Shown piece by piece: positions 61,626 through 64,000 of a stretch of DNA of 64,000 nt. The position numbers and the translations under genes were made by a program. How positions within the stretch are numbered: the stretch's first letter is position 1; each line of letters begins with the position of its first letter. This DNA is from Entomortierella parvispora E1425 (lineage: Eukaryota > Fungi > Mortierellomycota), in NCBI GenBank assembly GCA_020891255.1, contig BQFW01000013.1, positions 1,922,001-1,986,000 of the forward strand. Direction: 5' to 3'. The notes under the pieces are model-generated. The model was given only the letters and a program-made list of their open reading frames with translations. It made no database searches and was not told the origin of the DNA.

Positions 61626-64000
61626 TGCAATAGGAGTATCGAGGGTGGAGTGGAGACAAGAAGTGAGTTTTATTATATTGCAAGTTTCTAGCTTTTGTAG
61701 GTACACATCGCGTGATGTCACCGTATTCCTGTTACACCTTCCCCTTTTAAAAAATGATACCGTGCTGCTCTTTGAAGGTTGTGACCAAGTCCATGCAGTT
61801 GTCCAAGTTGCTTACTGGGAGCCATTCGTCAGCTTCTCTGCCGTAGCCTTTGAATGACACTAGGAACTGGTGTTGTCTGCGGTAGAAGCGGTACTTTAAA
61901 ATTTCGTCCACTTCATACTCCTCTTCGCCGTCAATTACAGTGGGATCCACGGGGGCAGGAGCTCGAATGCCGAGTGACTCCGGGGACGGCAAATAGGGTC
62001 GAAAAGGTATCAACGTGGAAGACGTCATGGATTTTGTAGAATGGTGGCAGCTCGACGCGGAAGGTGACAGGTGAGTGTTGCTCCAAAAGTGTGAACGGGC
62101 CAAGGAATTGAGGTCGAAGTTTATCGGCTGGTCTGATACTGTCGGCAGGGATGGTGATATTGGTGGCACGCAGCAGGACCTTATCGCCAACCTTGTACTT
62201 GTGATCCCGTCGTCGCTTGTTTGCCTGTTGCTCCTGATGATCCTGAGCACGCTGCAGAGCATCCTGGGCCAGGGCAAGGGTGGTCGCCTGCTCAGTCAGG
62301 AAGGTATCGACAGTGGGGACTGAGCTGCTGGGTTTACCGAGGAGAGCGGTGGGGAGACGAGGGTGCTGGCCAGAGTTGAGGAAGAACGGCGAGTATCCCG
62401 TGGATGCATTGACAGCGTTGTTATAGGCGAATTCCAGTGACGGAAGGAGCTGGTCCCAGTTAGACTGCTTGTTGTCAATAAACGCTCTCAACATAGTCTT
62501 CAGCGTCTTGTTCATAACCTCTGTCTGCCCATCCGTCTGTGGGTGGTAGGCGGTTGACAGTGCAAGTTTGACATCCATTAGCCTGTGCAACTCTTGCCAG
62601 AATCTACTAGTGAATCGAGTGTCGCGGTCCGAGATGATGGATGTTGGTGTGCCATGCAGCTTAAAGATGTTGTCAAAAAACTGGTGGGCGACGTCGACGG
62701 CTGTGGCAGAGGTAGTACTGGGGACGAAGTGAGCTTGCTTGGTCAGCTTGTCGACAAACACTGTGATGGCGTCAAAATTTCTAGCTGTGGGCGGAAGAGG
62801 GCCGATGAAGTCCATGGTGACTACCTCCCAACGTTGCGAAGGAATGGGTAGCGGTTGCAAGAGTCCAGCTGGTCGATCCTGTGAGTCCTTGTTCCTTTGA
62901 CACTTCTCGCAGGTTGCTACATACTGCTGGGTATCCTTGGCGATGTGGGGCCAATATACGAAACGGCGCAGGTTGTCGTAAGTCTTTTGAAAACCAAAGT
63001 GTCCAGCAGTGGCAGAGTCGTGAGCGTCGTGCAAGAGAGTGAGGCGGATCGGGGAGTGCCGAGGGATGGCCAGGGTGGTTGCTCCACGTCGGGTAAAGTA
63101 GAGGAGGTTGTTCTGGAATGAATATCCATTGGCAACCTTCCCATCCAGGCAATCCTTGTAGATGGGTCCAAGTCGAGGATCGTCGTTGTAGTCCTGGACA
63201 AGCTGGTCACGGACGTCCGGGGACAGGGAGACGCTGAGGTTGTATAGCTCAACAGGGTCAGGCTCGCGGTAGTCCGGTCGTCGGGAGAGAGCGTCTGGGA
63301 CGATGTTGTCAACTCCTCGCTTGTACTTGAAGTCAAAGTCGTATTCCTGAAGCAACTCCATCCAGCGAGCCTGTCGACGAGTGAGTTTGGGCTGTGTGGG
63401 GAAGTGGCGGAGGGTGGCGTGGTCGGTGTGGACGCTGAACTTGGTTCCATCGAGGTAGTAGCGCCAAGTGCGGAGCGCATGGATGACAGCCAACAGTTCC
63501 TGCTCATGGACAGGGTAGTTCCGCTCAGCTGACTGCATTTTCCTGGAAGTGAATGCGATAGGATGGGTATTCCCTTCCCGGTCAGTCTGCAGCAGCACTG
63601 CACCGATGGCGAAACCGGATGCATCTGTTTCGACAAAGGTGAGAGATCAGGGTCGAAGATGCGGAGGACGGGGGCGGAGCAGATGGCGCGTTTGAGCTGA
63701 AGGAATGCAGATTGTTGTTCGTCGGTCCATTTGAAGGGAGTGTTGTTGGCGAGGAGGGAAGAGAGAGGGAGGGCAATCCCTGCAAAGCCCGATACGTACT
63801 GTTGATAAAATTGCGCAAGCCCCAAAAATTGCTGGACGTCCTTTGTGCTCTTGGGGGTGGGCCAGTCACTGATGGCTTTGCTGAGCCCGGCCGATGTTTT
63901 GATCCCGTCCTTCGTGATGGTGTGGCCCAAAAATTCAGTTTCGTCTTGCATGAAGGAGCACTTGCTCAATTTCGCGTACAGACCGTTCTTGCGGAGGAGA
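61626..64000 (-). mobile_element. Ty3/gypsy chromovirus element A3 (3' part): RT end, RH, IN, chromodomain, PPT, 3' LTR 61626-61736
   Basis: PPT AAAAGGGGAAGG directly abuts the LTR. Motifs HDSATAGH..CEKC, MDFIGPLP, ISDRDTRF, FLGPF and chromodomain [23 protein letters not shown]. Frameshifts at about 63643 and 62003. Confidence 0.95.

Noticed and set aside
49030-62010. Frameshifts near the integrase-chromodomain boundary in B (49030), C (about 57565) and A3 (about 62003) as programmed recoding
   Set aside because: They occur at different positions, two are in homopolymer runs, and there is no shared signal; mutation or poor polishing in repeats is more likely.
62821-62852. The first A1 deletion reads GC...AG on the sense strand, suggesting a spliced-out intron in a retro-copied RNA
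   Set aside because: Only 32 nt, and the other three deletions lack splice dinucleotides and show microhomology instead.
44934-64000. RIP-like hypermutation of the repeats
   Set aside because: LTRs are identical and internal copies differ by only scattered SNPs, with no evident directional C-to-T excess.

Overview
Eukaryotic, intron-rich fungal DNA; the F-box, Crinkler and codon/intron style suggest a Mortierellaceae-like early-diverging fungus (inference). 1-44 kb is gene-dense: an F-box/LRR-like gene running off the window edge, a membrane protein, separase (ESP1), a polyQ C2H2 zinc-finger factor, an atypical GATA-like finger protein, SMC2, cis-prenyltransferase (RER2-like), a three-member Crinkler (CRN) cluster, a Munc13/C2-domain protein, a type-B carboxylesterase and a GT49 glycosyltransferase. 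44.9-64 kb is a nest of chromodomain Ty3/gypsy LTR retrotransposons: three copies of family A (111-bp LTR, tRNA-iMet primed), a full-length family B element with identical LTRs and a 5-bp TSD inserted in the gag of A1, a decayed relative C, and three other LTR-like segments. The most unusual signals are: (i) family B has no tRNA-type PBS but a T8-CAGTGA tract that would pair with its own polyadenylated 3' end; (ii) GAGG-(U-rich)-CCTC hairpin arrays shared by the 3' UTRs of B and C; (iii) an extended, partly triplicated tRNA-iMet-complementary leader in A; (iv) a CRN header duplicated exactly to an intron 3' splice site and fused to a different NTPase. Exon boundaries and alignments were read by eye, and single-base indels inside repeats may be assembly errors.
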